Shown: positions 22,646 through 35,300 of the stretch, one piece after another
Numbering within the stretch: position 1 is the stretch's first letter
How the letters are laid out: every line of letters starts with the position of its first letter
Source: Ministeria vibrans ATCC 50519
Taxonomy: Eukaryota; Protista; Filasterea
DNA length: 55,721 nt
Direction: 5' to 3'
Assembly (NCBI GenBank): GCA_943704425.1
Contig: CALSCP010001832.1
Span: 1-55,721, forward strand
Position numbers and translations under genes: made by a program
Notes under the pieces: generated by a model
Seen by the model: only the letters and a program-made list of their open reading frames with translations
Database searches by the model: none
Told to the model about the DNA's origin: nothing

Positions 22646-23143
22646 GACAGACTGATACTTTTGACAGGCACTGACACGCTTTCTCCTTTAGGCTGCTGAG
22701 CTCGAACGGTTAGCCGGCGTTCGCTTTGGAAAGAACCCGACTGTAGTTTCGGTTGCTATACCCACTGCCAGCCTTGAAGTAGCCGCGAAAGACGCCGGAC
22801 AGCCGGTGAACCGTGTAAAGTGTTTTCATGTCGACCTTTTTGTTTGTGTGTCGCTCTCTCTGCGCCTCCCCTCCTTCTTATCCGCCGATTCACTCACAAC
22901 GCCATCGTCTATTGTGCAGAAGGAGGCGATCCGCGTCTCGGGAGCGCGGCGGGTGGACTATCTGAACACAGTGCGCGCCATTTCCAGTCTGGTCGCAGCC
23001 ACTGCGCCTGCCAGTGCCCCTGCGGCCAAAGAGAGCCGTCTGCGTGTGTGCGCGATCAAGTTCAATGTTGTTGGTGCTCTTTCACGCGCGTTGGAGCTGC
23101 TACAGCAGTAAGTTTAAGAACACAACAAACGAATTCAACTCAC

Positions 23144-23205
<62 letters not shown>

Positions 23206-23801
23206 TGCCTCTGGTAGATTCAAGATCAGATCTTCCAGCGAATACGCCAGTGCCATTGTCGACGAGCCCGATTACCTTTGTGCCATTCTCTATGTTGCGT
23301 GTCGGCGAGAGCGAGTCAAAGTCGATCGAGCAAAGTACACCATTCAAGGTTTTTTTTGTCTTCCTCACATTTTTACTCTTATTATGTAGATTGTGTCAAG
23401 AAGCAAATGTGACGAGCAAACGATTTCTGTTGCTCATTGAGCAAATAGAAACGTCATGCAAAGAAGAAGAAGAAGAACAGCAAATGAAAGCACAACAACA
23501 AGATGATGATGATGATGATGATGATGAAGAGGAAGAGGGAGAAACAAGTGCAAAACGAGCGAAAGACTCAACGGGAAACGCACGGTGTGTCAAACCGACG
23601 CACACGGAAAGGGATCGGAAGCGGAAAAAACAACAAGGACAGAGTACTCTCTCACGACTGATCGAAAAACAACAGGAAGAAGAAGACACAAAGTCAGGCG
23701 AAGACGAAGAACCAGTCGGGGAGTGCAAAGATGACTTTGATGAGTGGCGCAGTGCGATTTTGAAACGTGCCACTGCAAAGCTCAACGAGATTCCGCAGTA
23801 A
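22529..23801 (+). CDS. ORC6: Origin recognition complex subunit 6 (about 5 exons)
   Basis: Spliced product MRPAERLGVRSPKILAR/AAELERLA...SLEVAA/KEAIRVSG...DYLN...CAIKF/...YLCAILYVACRRERVKVDRAK/L, ending DDFDEWRSAILKRA, which resembles the ORC6 D(Y/F)EEWK motif. Confidence 0.82.
23146..23203. repeat. (GT)n intronic microsatellite (similar tracts at about 28269-28303, 28693-28733, 41345-41400, 43124-43143)
   Basis: Perfect dinucleotide run, directly visible. Confidence 0.95.
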
Positions 23802-23893
23802 ATATATAAAATAATTATACTATAATAATGTTTTGTGTTTTCTTTTTGTACATTTTTTATACTAAATTTGATGTTTGCTTCTCGATAAAATCG

Positions 23894-25771
23894 TTATGCT
23901 TTCTGGTTCGTCTTGTCCTCTTCGTCTTCTTCTTGTTGTTTGCGCAGTTGTTTTTCCAATCGCTTTGTGAGGTCCTTTTCCAACTCATCGCGCGCAATTT
24001 GACCAGTTTTGGGACAGCGGGGAAAGTCGGAGTTGAAAAAGAAAAAGGCGGCAGGCGAATGGTCGACGCCAAAGCGTTCTTGTGTGTACGCGGCGAGTGC
24101 GGCGCCCACCGAAGGCGCAGCGGCGGTTGCAGCGTCCTGGGCGCGCGCCTGTGGGGTGTCAAACTCGACGTTGTAGCGGTTCGGGTCGGTTTCGTCGCCT
24201 TCTGTGTAGAACGCATCGTCCGCTTTGACCACTGCTGCCACCAGAACAGGCTGAGTCTGCCCACTCTCTTTACCACTACTATTGCTGCTGGCACGACTAC
24301 TTGGTGGGATAATGGAGAGCACTGTGGCGGCTGCAACGCGCTTGTGGTGCATGAGATATGCCTCAATGGCCCGTTCGAGGGACGGTTCCTTTGTGTCCGG
24401 TTTGAGTGTCTCACTCAGTGGGCCCAGAATCTGAATCTCCCAATGGCCATCGGGAAACTGCACCTCATGGGCGCACATGCGCGTCTTGAAGATCTCTTTC
24501 ACTGGGTCGTACACCGCGAGCGTCGCGTCGAGGTCCTTGTCGTACCCTTTGAACATCCCCCATGAGCGGATGCGCAGCTCACCCGTGTCGCCGCGACGCA
24601 CACGGACAGTCGAGTGTGGCTGTGTGATCCACGCATCAACATCCTTCAGTGCCGTCCCGACAAACCCCGATGTGGTGCGCAGGGCGACGTGTGGTGCCAC
24701 GCAGATGCCCGTCTCGGCCGTGCAGAAGCGCTCCAGCAAAAGGTTGCCTGTGACACGGTGCCACTCTTGGCTCACCGACAGGGGACACACTCCACCGCCG
24801 ACAGTGGTCAGGACAAGAGGTATGAGGCGCTGGCGGATCTCGTCGGCGTCGATGTCGCGTGGTGTGTGGCGCAGCAAGTGCGCGTAGATGGTTGGAATGG
24901 CCTGAAACGCAGTGATTTTGCCAGAGAGGAGGCGCTTCCAGATCGCGTCCGCCTGCGACGGTGACGCAAACTCAATGGAGGCGCCGACATAGAGGGGTGC
25001 CAAGAGGCCGTAGACAAGACCGTGAATGTGGTGGAGAGACAACACGTGGAGCAAGCGGTCGTCGTCGCGCCACATCCAACGCTCGGCAATGTAGCGCAGG
25101 TTCCACTCTAGCCCGCCAAACATGTGTACGACACCCACGGGTTTGCCAGCGTCGCTGCTCTTGTACAAAATAAGTGCCTCATCAAAGCCGGTCACGTCAA
25201 CAAACTCAAAGTGCTCGCGCAGCCTGGTGTCGTTGGGGACGGTCAGAATGGTCGGCTTGGTCTCCATGCGCTCGACGACCTGCTCGGCGTACGCGCGCGT
25301 CCTGGGGCACACCAGAATCGCCTTGGCCTCCGACTGCTTCAACTGGTGCTCGAGCATCACCTTCGGGTGGTCGGGGTGCAGGGCAACGGCCGTAGCGCCG
25401 CTGTACCAGGTGCCAAAGTACGCTGCAGCGATAAACGGCGCGCGCGAGTGCATGACGGCCACGCGCGTTCCCTTCCCACACCCCAACTCGCTCAGTTTGT
25501 GCGCCACGCCGTTCGCCATGGCGTCGAGCGCGCGGTACTTGACCGTGTCGCCAAGCGGCGTGTGGAATGCGACCCGCCCTGTCTCCTGTGGCGGCCCATA
25601 ACGTCGCCCGAGGTCCAGCAGCATCTCTGGATCCGTTGCGATCACTTCGCGCGTCTCCATCGCGTGCCGCAGCGCCTGCCGCAGCGAGTGGTTGTAAATG
25701 TACGAGTAGTTTGTCCGCACATGGCCAACAACCCGGCGCGGCAAAAGACGGCGCGCTGCGATCGCGAGCAT
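23894..25771 (-). CDS. ACSF3/MatB-like adenylate-forming protein with mitochondrial-type presequence; catalytic motifs degenerate
   Basis: The ANL fold is supported by WMWRDDDRLLHVLSLHHIHGL, FQAIPTIYAHLL and GELRIRSWGMFKGY. The N-terminus MLAIAARRLLPRR is Arg-rich and lacks acidic residues. The P-loop reads YKSSDAGKPVGV instead of YTSGTTGxPKGV. Confidence 0.85.
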   Translation of the reverse strand: MLAIAARRLLPRRVVGHVRTNYSYIYNHSLRQALRHAMETREVIATDPEMLLDLGRRYGPPQETGRVAFHTPLGDTVKYRALDAMANGVAHKLSELGCGKGTRVAVMHSRAPFIAAAYFGTWYSGATAVALHPDHPKVMLEHQLKQSEAKAILVCPRTRAYAEQVVERMETKPTILTVPNDTRLREHFEFVDVTGFDEALILYKSSDAGKPVGVVHMFGGLEWNLRYIAERWMWRDDDRLLHVLSLHHIHGLVYGLLAPLYVGASIEFASPSQADAIWKRLLSGKITAFQAIPTIYAHLLRHTPRDIDADEIRQRLIPLVLTTVGGGVCPLSVSQEWHRVTGNLLLERFCTAETGICVAPHVALRTTSGFVGTALKDVDAWITQPHSTVRVRRGDTGELRIRSWGMFKGYDKDLDATLAVYDPVKEIFKTRMCAHEVQFPDGHWEIQILGPLSETLKPDTKEPSLERAIEAYLMHHKRVAAATVLSIIPPSSRASSNSSGKESGQTQPVLVAAVVKADDAFYTEGDETDPNRYNVEFDTPQARAQDAATAAAPSVGAALAAYTQERFGVDHSPAAFFFFNSDFPRCPKTGQIARDELEKDLTKRLEKQLRKQQEEDEEDKTNQKA

Positions 25772-25892
25772 TCGAGAAAAATCGTCGAAAGTGAAAAATT
25801 ATTGTCTTATGTGAAAATGACTAGAAATTTTGGAATTTCTCGCTCGATCGAAAAATTAATTGTCATTGACCATTAATTATTTTTCGTACGCA

Positions 25893-28266
25893 ATGGTCGA
25901 CTTGAAGACGATCATCGCGGTTGCAGCGATGGCGATTATCGTGCGGTGGAAAGTAATGTCTCTGGGGGAGTTGTACTTCGACGCAGAAATCAGTGTCGGC
26001 GCGCGCCAGTTGCATGTGTGGCGTGTGGCCGGTGGGGCCGTTGCGGCGGTCGAGCCGCTGGCTACGGACCAGTGTGACCTGGACTTTGCACGTGGGATGG
26101 GCTTTGTGCACGCCAAGGATCGTCTTGTGCAGGTAGAGAGGAGAAAGAGAGAGAGAGAGAAGAATGAGTCGCGAAGAATGAGTCGCGAAGAATGAAAAAT
26201 GACACATTGCGTGTGCCCTAGATGCTGATGCAGCGCACGGTGGTGCAAGGACGCTTATCGGAGTTGTTCAAGGACGATCCCGAGCTGCGCGTGGTTGACG
26301 AGGTGTTTCGACGGGGCGGAGTGTATTTGCTGGCTCAGGACATTGCAAGAGGGCTGACGGGCGACGTCCTTGACCAAGTACCACACACACACACGCACTA
26401 TTAATTTAATATCATGACGTTATATACGTATACTCTGTCTGTCGGTCTTTCTCGTTTACTTTGTTCTTTGTCTCTCTATCTAATTTATGGTCTTTATAGT
26501 TCACTCGGTACAGCGAAGCGGTGAACGAATACATTGCCGACTCGGGTGACTTGCCTGGCGAACTGCGTCTCTTGGGTATCACCATGGAACCGTGGACGGT
26601 TGCAGACTGCGTCTCAACGTTGCTGCTCATGGCATCCGATCTGGGCGGCAAACAGGGCGAGACCGAGCGACTTGTGATGCAGTCCATCCACGACGCGCGC
26701 AACGACTCGAGTGAAGTGAAACGTCGCGTACGCATGCTCAAAGACCTCTTCTCGCCCACACGCGTCTTTGACTCACCCGAAACGGTCGAGCTGCTTCAAC
26801 GCGACGACTTCCACTTCATCGGCTTCACCCCTTCAAGCATTTCCATGGCAGCCATTGTGCCGTCCATGCGCGCCAGCAACAACTGGGCAGTGCACGCTTC
26901 CCTCTCGGCCTCGGGCGGTGCTCTCCAGGCCAACGACCCCCATCTTGCCATCAATCGTCTGCCGGGCGTCTGGACCGAAATGGCGTTTCGCTGCGGTCCC
27001 GAGCGCTCTGCCTTTGGTATCACCATTCCAGGCGCTCCCTCGCTCGTCATGGGTCGCACACAACACGTCTCGTGGGGTCTTACTTATGGCTTTGCCGACC
27101 AGATCGACTACTTCTTCGAGGAGGTTCGCGACGGTCGTGTCCGTCGTGACAACGCATCCTCCTCTCCTACTTCCTCTGACTGGGTGAAGCTTACTGTGCG
27201 CGACGAACTGCTTGCTCGCAAGTCTGGTGCAGAGCCAGTCAAACTGCGCGTGTTTGCGTCAGACCGTGGAATCCTCGAAATTCCCGGCACTCAGTACACA
27301 AATGGATTGCCCAAAGATGGTCTCTACCTTGCAAAGGTACAGCACCACACGTAGAATTTCGTTGGCTGTTGACACTCACTTTCTTCTTCCTCTTTCAGTC
27401 ATGGGCATTTGACAAGCTCAAAGGGGATTCACTCGAGGGACTTGTTGGGGTTCCATCGTGGCGGACGGTTGAGCAGGCGCGGAGTGCCCTGGCACGGTCG
27501 CCCATCAGTAGCAACTACATCATGGCTGACTCACACGGGAGCATTGGGTACCAGCAGGCGGCACTCGCGCCGCGTCGTAGTGTCAACCAGGTGGTGCGTG
27601 ATGCGATTGGGGAGCGCCGTCGCGATGGGTTCTCGCCGCTGCCTGCGTGGGATCCCTCGACGCAATGGGACGGGTTTATTGACGGACCCACGGAGCTGTT
27701 GTCGGTGATGAATCCTGCAAGTGGGGTGCTTGTGACGGCCAACGATGCACTGGAGGAGATGCGGCGGTTAGATCCCGGGAAGGAATCGGTGGTCAATGTG
27801 GACATGGGATCGCATCGGGTGGACCGAGGACGCGCACTGCTGCTTGAGAAGGCACACGACGGACACAAACTGACAGTGCAGGACATGCAGGACATTCAGA
27901 TTGACGTGTTTGCTCGCGAAGCCAATGCGACACTCGCTCTTCTGACTCCCATTCTCACACTGGCAAATTCGACGCAGATGGGTGGAAGTGTCTGTGCGCG
28001 CGAACTGCTCGCGTGGGATCGTTGCTACGAGGCTGACAGCACGGGCGCACTCATCTACGAGTTTATCATCGAGCGTCTCCTCGACACTCTCTTTGCACCC
28101 CTTCTGGGCACAGAGGGCGCTCATTTTCTTCAGCGCGACTCTCTCTTGATGTATGTTGTGCGCGCGCGAATGGTCGACCTTGTCTTTGGTCTCAGCCCTA
28201 TTGGCAAAGTATCACACAAAATCACACGAAAATAATTTGGAATATGAGCTTTAAATTCTTTTACTC

Positions 28267-28307
<41 letters not shown>

Positions 28308-29300
28308 ATGCGAGCGAGAAACTTTGGTTTCCGCAAATGGAGCGCGAGAAAATGTTGAATTTTGCAGTGGACACAATTCTGTCCGAGTGCAATGAAGTGT
28401 TTGCGGAGCGACAGCCAAAGTGGGGAAATGTGCACTCAATCTATCTTAACAACATTCTCTTTGCGTAAGAAACACAAACACTCACGCACACATACACAAA
28501 TGGCTGAATTGAAATGGTTTACAAACAAAAGGGGGAAGCTTCCGGGAGGAATTGGGCGATTGCTTGGGATTGACAAAGGACCATATGCACTGCGGGGACA
28601 CGCGGGGACATTGTCGCAGGGGGCATCGTGCCGCGACCATGGACGGGACGCAACGTTTGCGCCAAGGTAGGATGAGACAAGTTATATATACATGTGTGTA
28701 TGTGTGTGTGTGTATGTGTGTGTGTGTGTGTGTGGGAGTCTGAGCGATTATGCGTGAGTGTCAAGAGAGAGAGGGGGGAGAAAGAAAAAAGTGACAGAGA
28801 GGAGAAAAAGAAACAGATTCTTGAAACAAAGAAAAAGGGTTATAGAATGACATATAAAATAATATTATAATTAGAAAAACAATAATTAATAGAGAATCAA
28901 GAGCTGTACTCAATGTCAAAACAAAACTATATATACAACACAAAAAGCAGCACAATATTATAATAATTATTTTATTATTATAATTATAATTTATAAAGAC
29001 TATTGAAAAATACAAAGAGATGAACAGAAATAATCAAAGTGAGAGTGAGAGGAATATTGAATTAATGTAATGTCATACAATGCGAATGGCACATACTTTG
29101 ACAACTAAATCATCAGCGCGACTCTCTGTAATCTATTTTGTCTTTTATCTCGCAGTTGGCGCTACGTCTCTGACATGACCGAATCGAGTGTTGTGACTTC
29201 CATCCCCAGTGGTCCCGACGGCCGTCCGTTTTCCGCACTCTACTCGCTGGGTCTCGATGATTATTTCAATGGTGTGTACAAGCGTGTCAATCTCTTGTAA
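25893..29300 (+). CDS. Penicillin/AHL acylase family Ntn-hydrolase (peptidase S45), multi-exon
   Basis: Motifs GFVHAKDRLVQ/M, GRLSELF, nucleophile SNNW (Ser codon 26875), ANDPHL, NYIMADSHGSIGY and NPASGVLVTAN. The terminal exon 29156-29300 (not in the ORF track) encodes SWRYVSDM...PSGPDGRPFSALY...GVYK. Confidence 0.9.
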
Positions 29301-29367
29301 TAAACTCATAATTATTATTCTCCTGCTTTTCATAATCATTATATAATTACATCCTCTCTCCTCTCTC

Positions 29368-32300
29368 TCACATGATTTCACGGTTCTCAAGGAACTTGTG
29401 ATGCTGCATGCGCATTCGATTGACAATGCCAGGCTCAATTGACTCAAACGCCTTGTCGACGGACTCCATCACGGGCAGTCCATCTGAGTCAAACTCAGCG
29501 CGCGCTCCCAACAGACTCGCCAGTTTGCGGTAGTGGATGATGAGTGCGTCGCGTTGCTCGACAAACTGCTTTAGTCGCTGTTTGCGCTGGTCAATAGTCT
29601 CGTTCGTGTGAATGTCTTGCTTAATCGATGTTTGTGCATCGCGCATCTTTTCAACTATCAAAAAAGGAAAGAAAAAAAAAAAGAAAAAACAACCAAACAC
29701 ACACCCAATCAGCAACAATGTACCACACAAACAACCCAATGTGAATTGTTGTACCTTCTTTCAAAAGATTACTGCGAATGACAGCGGCACTGCCTTCGCC
29801 AATGGCAGCCAGACTGGCTTTGCGCTTCATGACATACTCCTCGCGCTGAACCACCGCATCAAAGAGCTCTGGGTCGGCCACCACATCGGCACTCTCGTCC
29901 AGCTGGAAGGCATTCGCAGTCACGGACTCCGGAATGGAAACGACCACTTCGCTTGCAGGCACATCGGGGGCCTCCACATCAATCGGTGTCTGCTGCATTG
30001 CCTGCGGATTCTGATCAAACGATCCTCGCTTCAGCTTGTACTGCTTCTTGGCCTTCTGTTCTGCGTTGGGTCCTTCGTCCTCGTCGTCGTCACTTCCTTC
30101 ATCCGGCATCATATTCATTCGGTTGGAAATCATATTTCCCACTTGAACGCGCTCTGCCATGTCCGGCTCGCGCATCAAGTACCCATCGTCGTCGGGATCC
30201 AACGCACTGTCATCGCCCATTGTCGTGTACTGCACCTCACTCACCATCGACAAGACATTGTCTTCGTCCGACGAGAACCGTTGACGTGCAGGCGACTGTT
30301 CTGTCGCCATCGTCGACGGTTTTGAACTCTCGCGCCGCGACACCGACATGGTACCCACATTGCCCTCCGACGTGCGCCCAGTCTCGTCAGTCGACGTGGT
30401 CTTCTGCGTGCGGTTCGTCGAATTAGGAATCGTTTCGGAGCGTGTGGGTCGCGACGAGCGCGACAGTGTCGGCAGAGTGTTCTTGAGGTAGCTCCGAACT
30501 TCCTGGTATGCCTTGCCACGCAACGAAAACAGCAAACAGATCAACAGACCCTGTGTTGTGTTAAAGATGATAAACAGGTACCAAAAAACAACACCTGAGT
30601 CGCAGTGAGAGAGGGAGAGGAAAAGAAAAGAGAACATGTGTGTGAGTTAGCCATTTCAATGTACACAACTCCTAATTTTACCTCCAATGAGCGCAACGTA
30701 AGCAAATAGCCACGCAAGACCCATAGACACAAACAACCCGCAGTACAGCAGAATGTTGCGCCAGTTACTGCGTGACTGAGTCGATTCAATCTTGTTCTTG
30801 CTAATTCGTAGAGTGTGGGTCACCTAATAAAAAGATTCAATGAGTGATTGTCGATTGAAGAATTGGAAGAAAAGCAGAAAAAAAGGAAAAGAAAGAAAGA
30901 GAGAGGGAGAGAGGGAGAGAGTGATAAAGAGAGAAGAGGAGGGAGAAAGAAACAAAATGATAGGGGGATTATAGAAAGAAACAAAAGTGATAAACAAGAG
31001 AAACGAAAGAAAAAAAAGTGACGCAGGAGAGAAAACAGATTGAGAGATATGAATTTTGTCTCCTCTTACGCGAATCATAATGTAGAGATTGTGAACGAGG
31101 ACAAGTCCAATGGGCACAAGCACAGCGCCAATGAGACCGGCTGTGGACGAGAGCCAACAATGTGAATTGCCACTACCCAGTCCAATGGGCTCCCAATTGT
31201 TAGACACGTCCACAATCATCACAATCAGTGTCATGATGGCGGGAAGTACCCATCCAGTAAACGCATAGACTCGCATGCGAGGTGGAGTTGCAGTCAATTG
31301 CACAAGTAGAGCCTAACAAACACACATCGATACAAATAAGGTATTAACACATCCTCATTCTCCCTCGTCTCATTCCTTACCCAATACTCATGTGCAATGT
31401 TGGCAGTCCACGCAAACGTCACCATCACAAAGAAGTAGAGCACCACCGCAACCGCATGACACCCATTGCGGTCCGACACCCGATCAATGCCTGCCAGAAA
31501 CGTAATGTTCACAGCCAAAATCGCAACGCACAGATTCGCCAGATTCGTCTGTGGTCGAGTCCGAATGGCCGCAATCAGCACAAACGACAGGAGAATGTAC
31601 AAACACCTACACAAAAAAACAAGAATCAGTTTTCACACTCGCCTTCCATCTCCTTCTCTTGTTTTCTTATTTATTACGCAATAATACTGAGAGAGCACCC
31701 AATGTACGTCAGAATTGTCAATGCCTCTTGATTAGCGGACGACAGAGTCGACAAGTCCGCTCCCGCAAGCACGGCAAAACTCGTCAGATGGTAACATCGA
31801 CAGGTGGTCTGCGTCGCCGACTGGGTCACCACTTCGCATCCTTCGGACGACCACAAAAGTGTGTCAAAGTCAAAGTAGACACACTCGCGAGGGTACTCCA
31901 GCGGCACAAGATGCCTGAAGGTGAGTAGCACAGCGGTGGCATTGGTCAGACCGCTCACTGTGCGGTTGCTCACTGTCAGCCCGATAATGTTCGAGTCAAT
32001 TCGTTGCGTCTGATTGGCGATCACCGGTCCAAACGGATTCACTCCAATGTACTCGATGAACTTGGCGTCGTAGCACGATAGACTGTTCACATCCGCCCCA
32101 AAGATCTCAAGCGCAAAACCCGGTTGGAGTGTCGCCGACGCACCATTCGACGCATCGTACGTCTTCTCAATCTGCGTCGCATTGCTCGCCTTCTCAATTA
32201 GAAACACCAACTGTGTCGCAGTCAACTGACTGAACCGATCACATGCTTGTAAGCGCTCAATGAGCTCCGCAAAGCCCTGCATCAGGGCCGGAACTTTGTT

Positions 32301-35300
32301 CACCTTGTTTTGGTCTGTGCGCAGTGTCGCTGTCGACGCACTGTCCACAAGGTTGTTCAGTGCCTCCAGCGTGCTGTTGGTTGTGTTCGACGATACATCG
32401 CCAAGGTTGCTGTCCGAGAACGTAATGACTTCTTCGAGTGAGCCGAGAATAATGTCTGCGGCAGCAGAGACATTTTCGACTGCCAGCCACGAGTTGCCCA
32501 CCGTCACTTGCTTCAGACGCTCCGCATTTTCCTGCGCCGTCTGTGTACTGTTGGTGCGCGTCTCTGAAAGAATCCTCAGCAGACAGGCCGCCGAAGAGAG
32601 TGCTGGGTTGCCATTGAGGATCGCACGTCCGCCACTCACAGTCGCCCAGTCCACATAGCGACCCGCACACAGTCGGATGTTGTCCACAATCACGGCGTAG
32701 CCCGAGATGGTGTGCAGCGACTGCATTCCCGTGATTGTCAGCAGATTCTCATTCCCTTGCAGCGTCACATTGCCCGTCACAGACTCAAGCAGATAGAATC
32801 CACGCAGGGTCCGCAAGTTGACCAGATTCACCAGCGCAATCGAACCGTCGATGGAGGTCACATTGTCGAAGTGCACATCGGAAAGCGACGGACATGTCTG
32901 AATTGTCACTGTGCCCGACACGACCATTCCAGCGTGCAGTCGTGTCGACACAAACAAATTGTCGACATCTGAAAGAAGCGTCAAGTCGTTCACTTCAATG
33001 CCCGCAGTCTGCATCAGTGCGCCAAAGCACGTCTTGGCCTGTGTCAGTGCGGCCAATCGCACCAGCGCAATCCCACTTGTACCCACAGTGATCACACTGT
33101 CAAAGCCCGAAATGGTCGCCAGCGCAGTGTTGTTGTCAATATCCACTCCCACAAGAGTTGTCACGGCTGGCAAAGAGCACGACAGCGTGGTCATGCTTGT
33201 ATGTTGCGTGATAGACACCACTCCACCGATTGTAGCAAGCGTATCCAGAGGGGTGCAGTCCAGTGTTACAAAGCCATTGTTGCTCAGTGTCAGTGCGCCG
33301 CCCAAAGACGTCAGCGGTTCCACACCAGTCAGCGACACCAAATTGGTATTGTTTGTGATGGACAAACCACCGGTGAGCGACGTGGTCGATGTAAACAGAC
33401 CCGCCAAGTCAGCCACTCCATTGTTGTCGACAGTCACAGACGACGACACATCACACGACGACAATGCCGACACATTCGCAAGTGCTCCATTGTCCTGAAG
33501 CACAACGGAGTCTGCCGCAACTACACCTTGAAGACCGTCGAGCGTCGCCAGATTGTCACACCCCGACACGGTCAGCGCACCCGTCACGGTGACCCCTGTC
33601 AGTCCCGACAGTCCCGTCAGCGACGTCAGCAGAGGGTTGTTCGTGATGGACAGCGTGTCGGTTGTCGATGCACGTCGACGATCCGCTGCACTCGGTCCAA
33701 TGCCACGCAGACCCGACAGTCCATCGAGGTTCAGCAGTTGTCCATTGTTGTTGATAATGATCCCGCCCGTGATATTCGTCAGCGACTCCAAACCAGCGAG
33801 TGACACAAGCAGTGTTGTGCCCTCAATGACCAAGTTTCCGTCGATGAATGACACGCTAAAGCCAGCCAGCGACGTCACATCTGCATTAATGACCATGTCA
33901 CCGGCAAGTGTGGTGCAGCCAACGTACGCGCTGATGCGGTTCTTGTCATTGCCGTGTGTCCCAATCTCCCGTCCACCGCGACAGTCACTCTCGCATCGAT
34001 CGCCTAGCGTGTTTGGTGGACACGCACACGAAAACCCATCAATGCTGTTGGTACACGCGGCACCCAGGGCACACGGAGCCGATGCGCACTCGTCAATGTC
34101 CACATCACACGTGCGTCCCGTAAATCCACTGGCACACACACACTCAAATTTGTTGATAAAATCGATGCAAGTGGCGCCATTGGTGCACGGCGACGACTCA
34201 CACTCGTCAATGTCCTCCTCACAGTGCACTCCGAGTGTGCCCAGTGGACACAGGCACGTGTACGACTCAATGCCGTCGCGACAAGTGCCCGTGTTGGCAC
34301 ACGGATTAGACCCACATTCGTCAATGTTGGTTTGGCATTGAGCACCCTCAAAGCCATTGACGCAAATGCAGGCATACATATTGGTAAAATCGTGGCATGT
34401 GGCACCATTCTGACACGGGCTTGAGCTGCACTCGTCAAAGGGAATCTCGGTCTCGCAATACTCGCCCGTGTACGCAGATGTGCACACACAGGTAAACGTT
34501 TCAAAACCGTCGACACATGTGGCACCGAAGGCGCAAGGGTTCTCGGGAGCACAGTCGTCAATGGTGGTCTCGCAGTGAACGCCTGTGTAGTCTGCGGGAC
34601 AGATACACATGTAAAGGCCGGGCGAAGCAGTACATGTGCCGCCGTTAGTACACGGGCTGGAGACGCACTCGAGTTCCAAATACGTCTCACAGGCGTCCCC
34701 ACTATACCCAGAATAGCAGTTGCAACTCCAAGCGCCAGAACCGTCAATGGTACAGGTACCAAAATTTTGACAGGGATTCGAGCTGCAAACACTCGTAAGG
34801 CAAGAGTTGGCGGGGTTGAGGTAGCCGGGATTGCACGAAGAGCACGTGCCACCGTCAAAGGCACTGCAAGTGGCGCACCGAAACGGACAGTTGGAGCAGT
34901 TGGCCGAGATCGGGTTAAAGTTGCGCGTGCCTGCCTCGCATTCAGCGCACGTCGAAAGGCCCGACGTCGTGGGATACGTGTCAAGGGGACAGTTTGTGCA
35001 CTCGGTCAATCCTTGCGAGTCGGAAAATGTGCCGGGGACGCACTTGGTGCAGTCATTGGTACCGGCGGTGGTCGGTAGACACACACACGTCTTGTCAACG
35101 TGGTTGCCAATGCAGATACCGTCGTGAGAACACCCATTCGCGCAGGTGTTGTTCATCTCGCCGTTCACGTACTTGGCAACAAATGCGTGCAGCTTGCTTG
35201 ACGATGGGTCCACATGGACGCCCGCCATGAACACAAAGCCGTCGGTGCGCGTCATGGTGAAGATGTCAGACGCCACCGTGCCGACAGCGCCTTCGACGGC

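Noticed and set aside
29145-29447. Minus-strand ORF as a further GPCR exon
   Set aside because: 29156-29300 on the + strand encodes the conserved acylase C-terminus with a good acceptor, so the minus ORF is its shadow. The GPCR stops at 29368.
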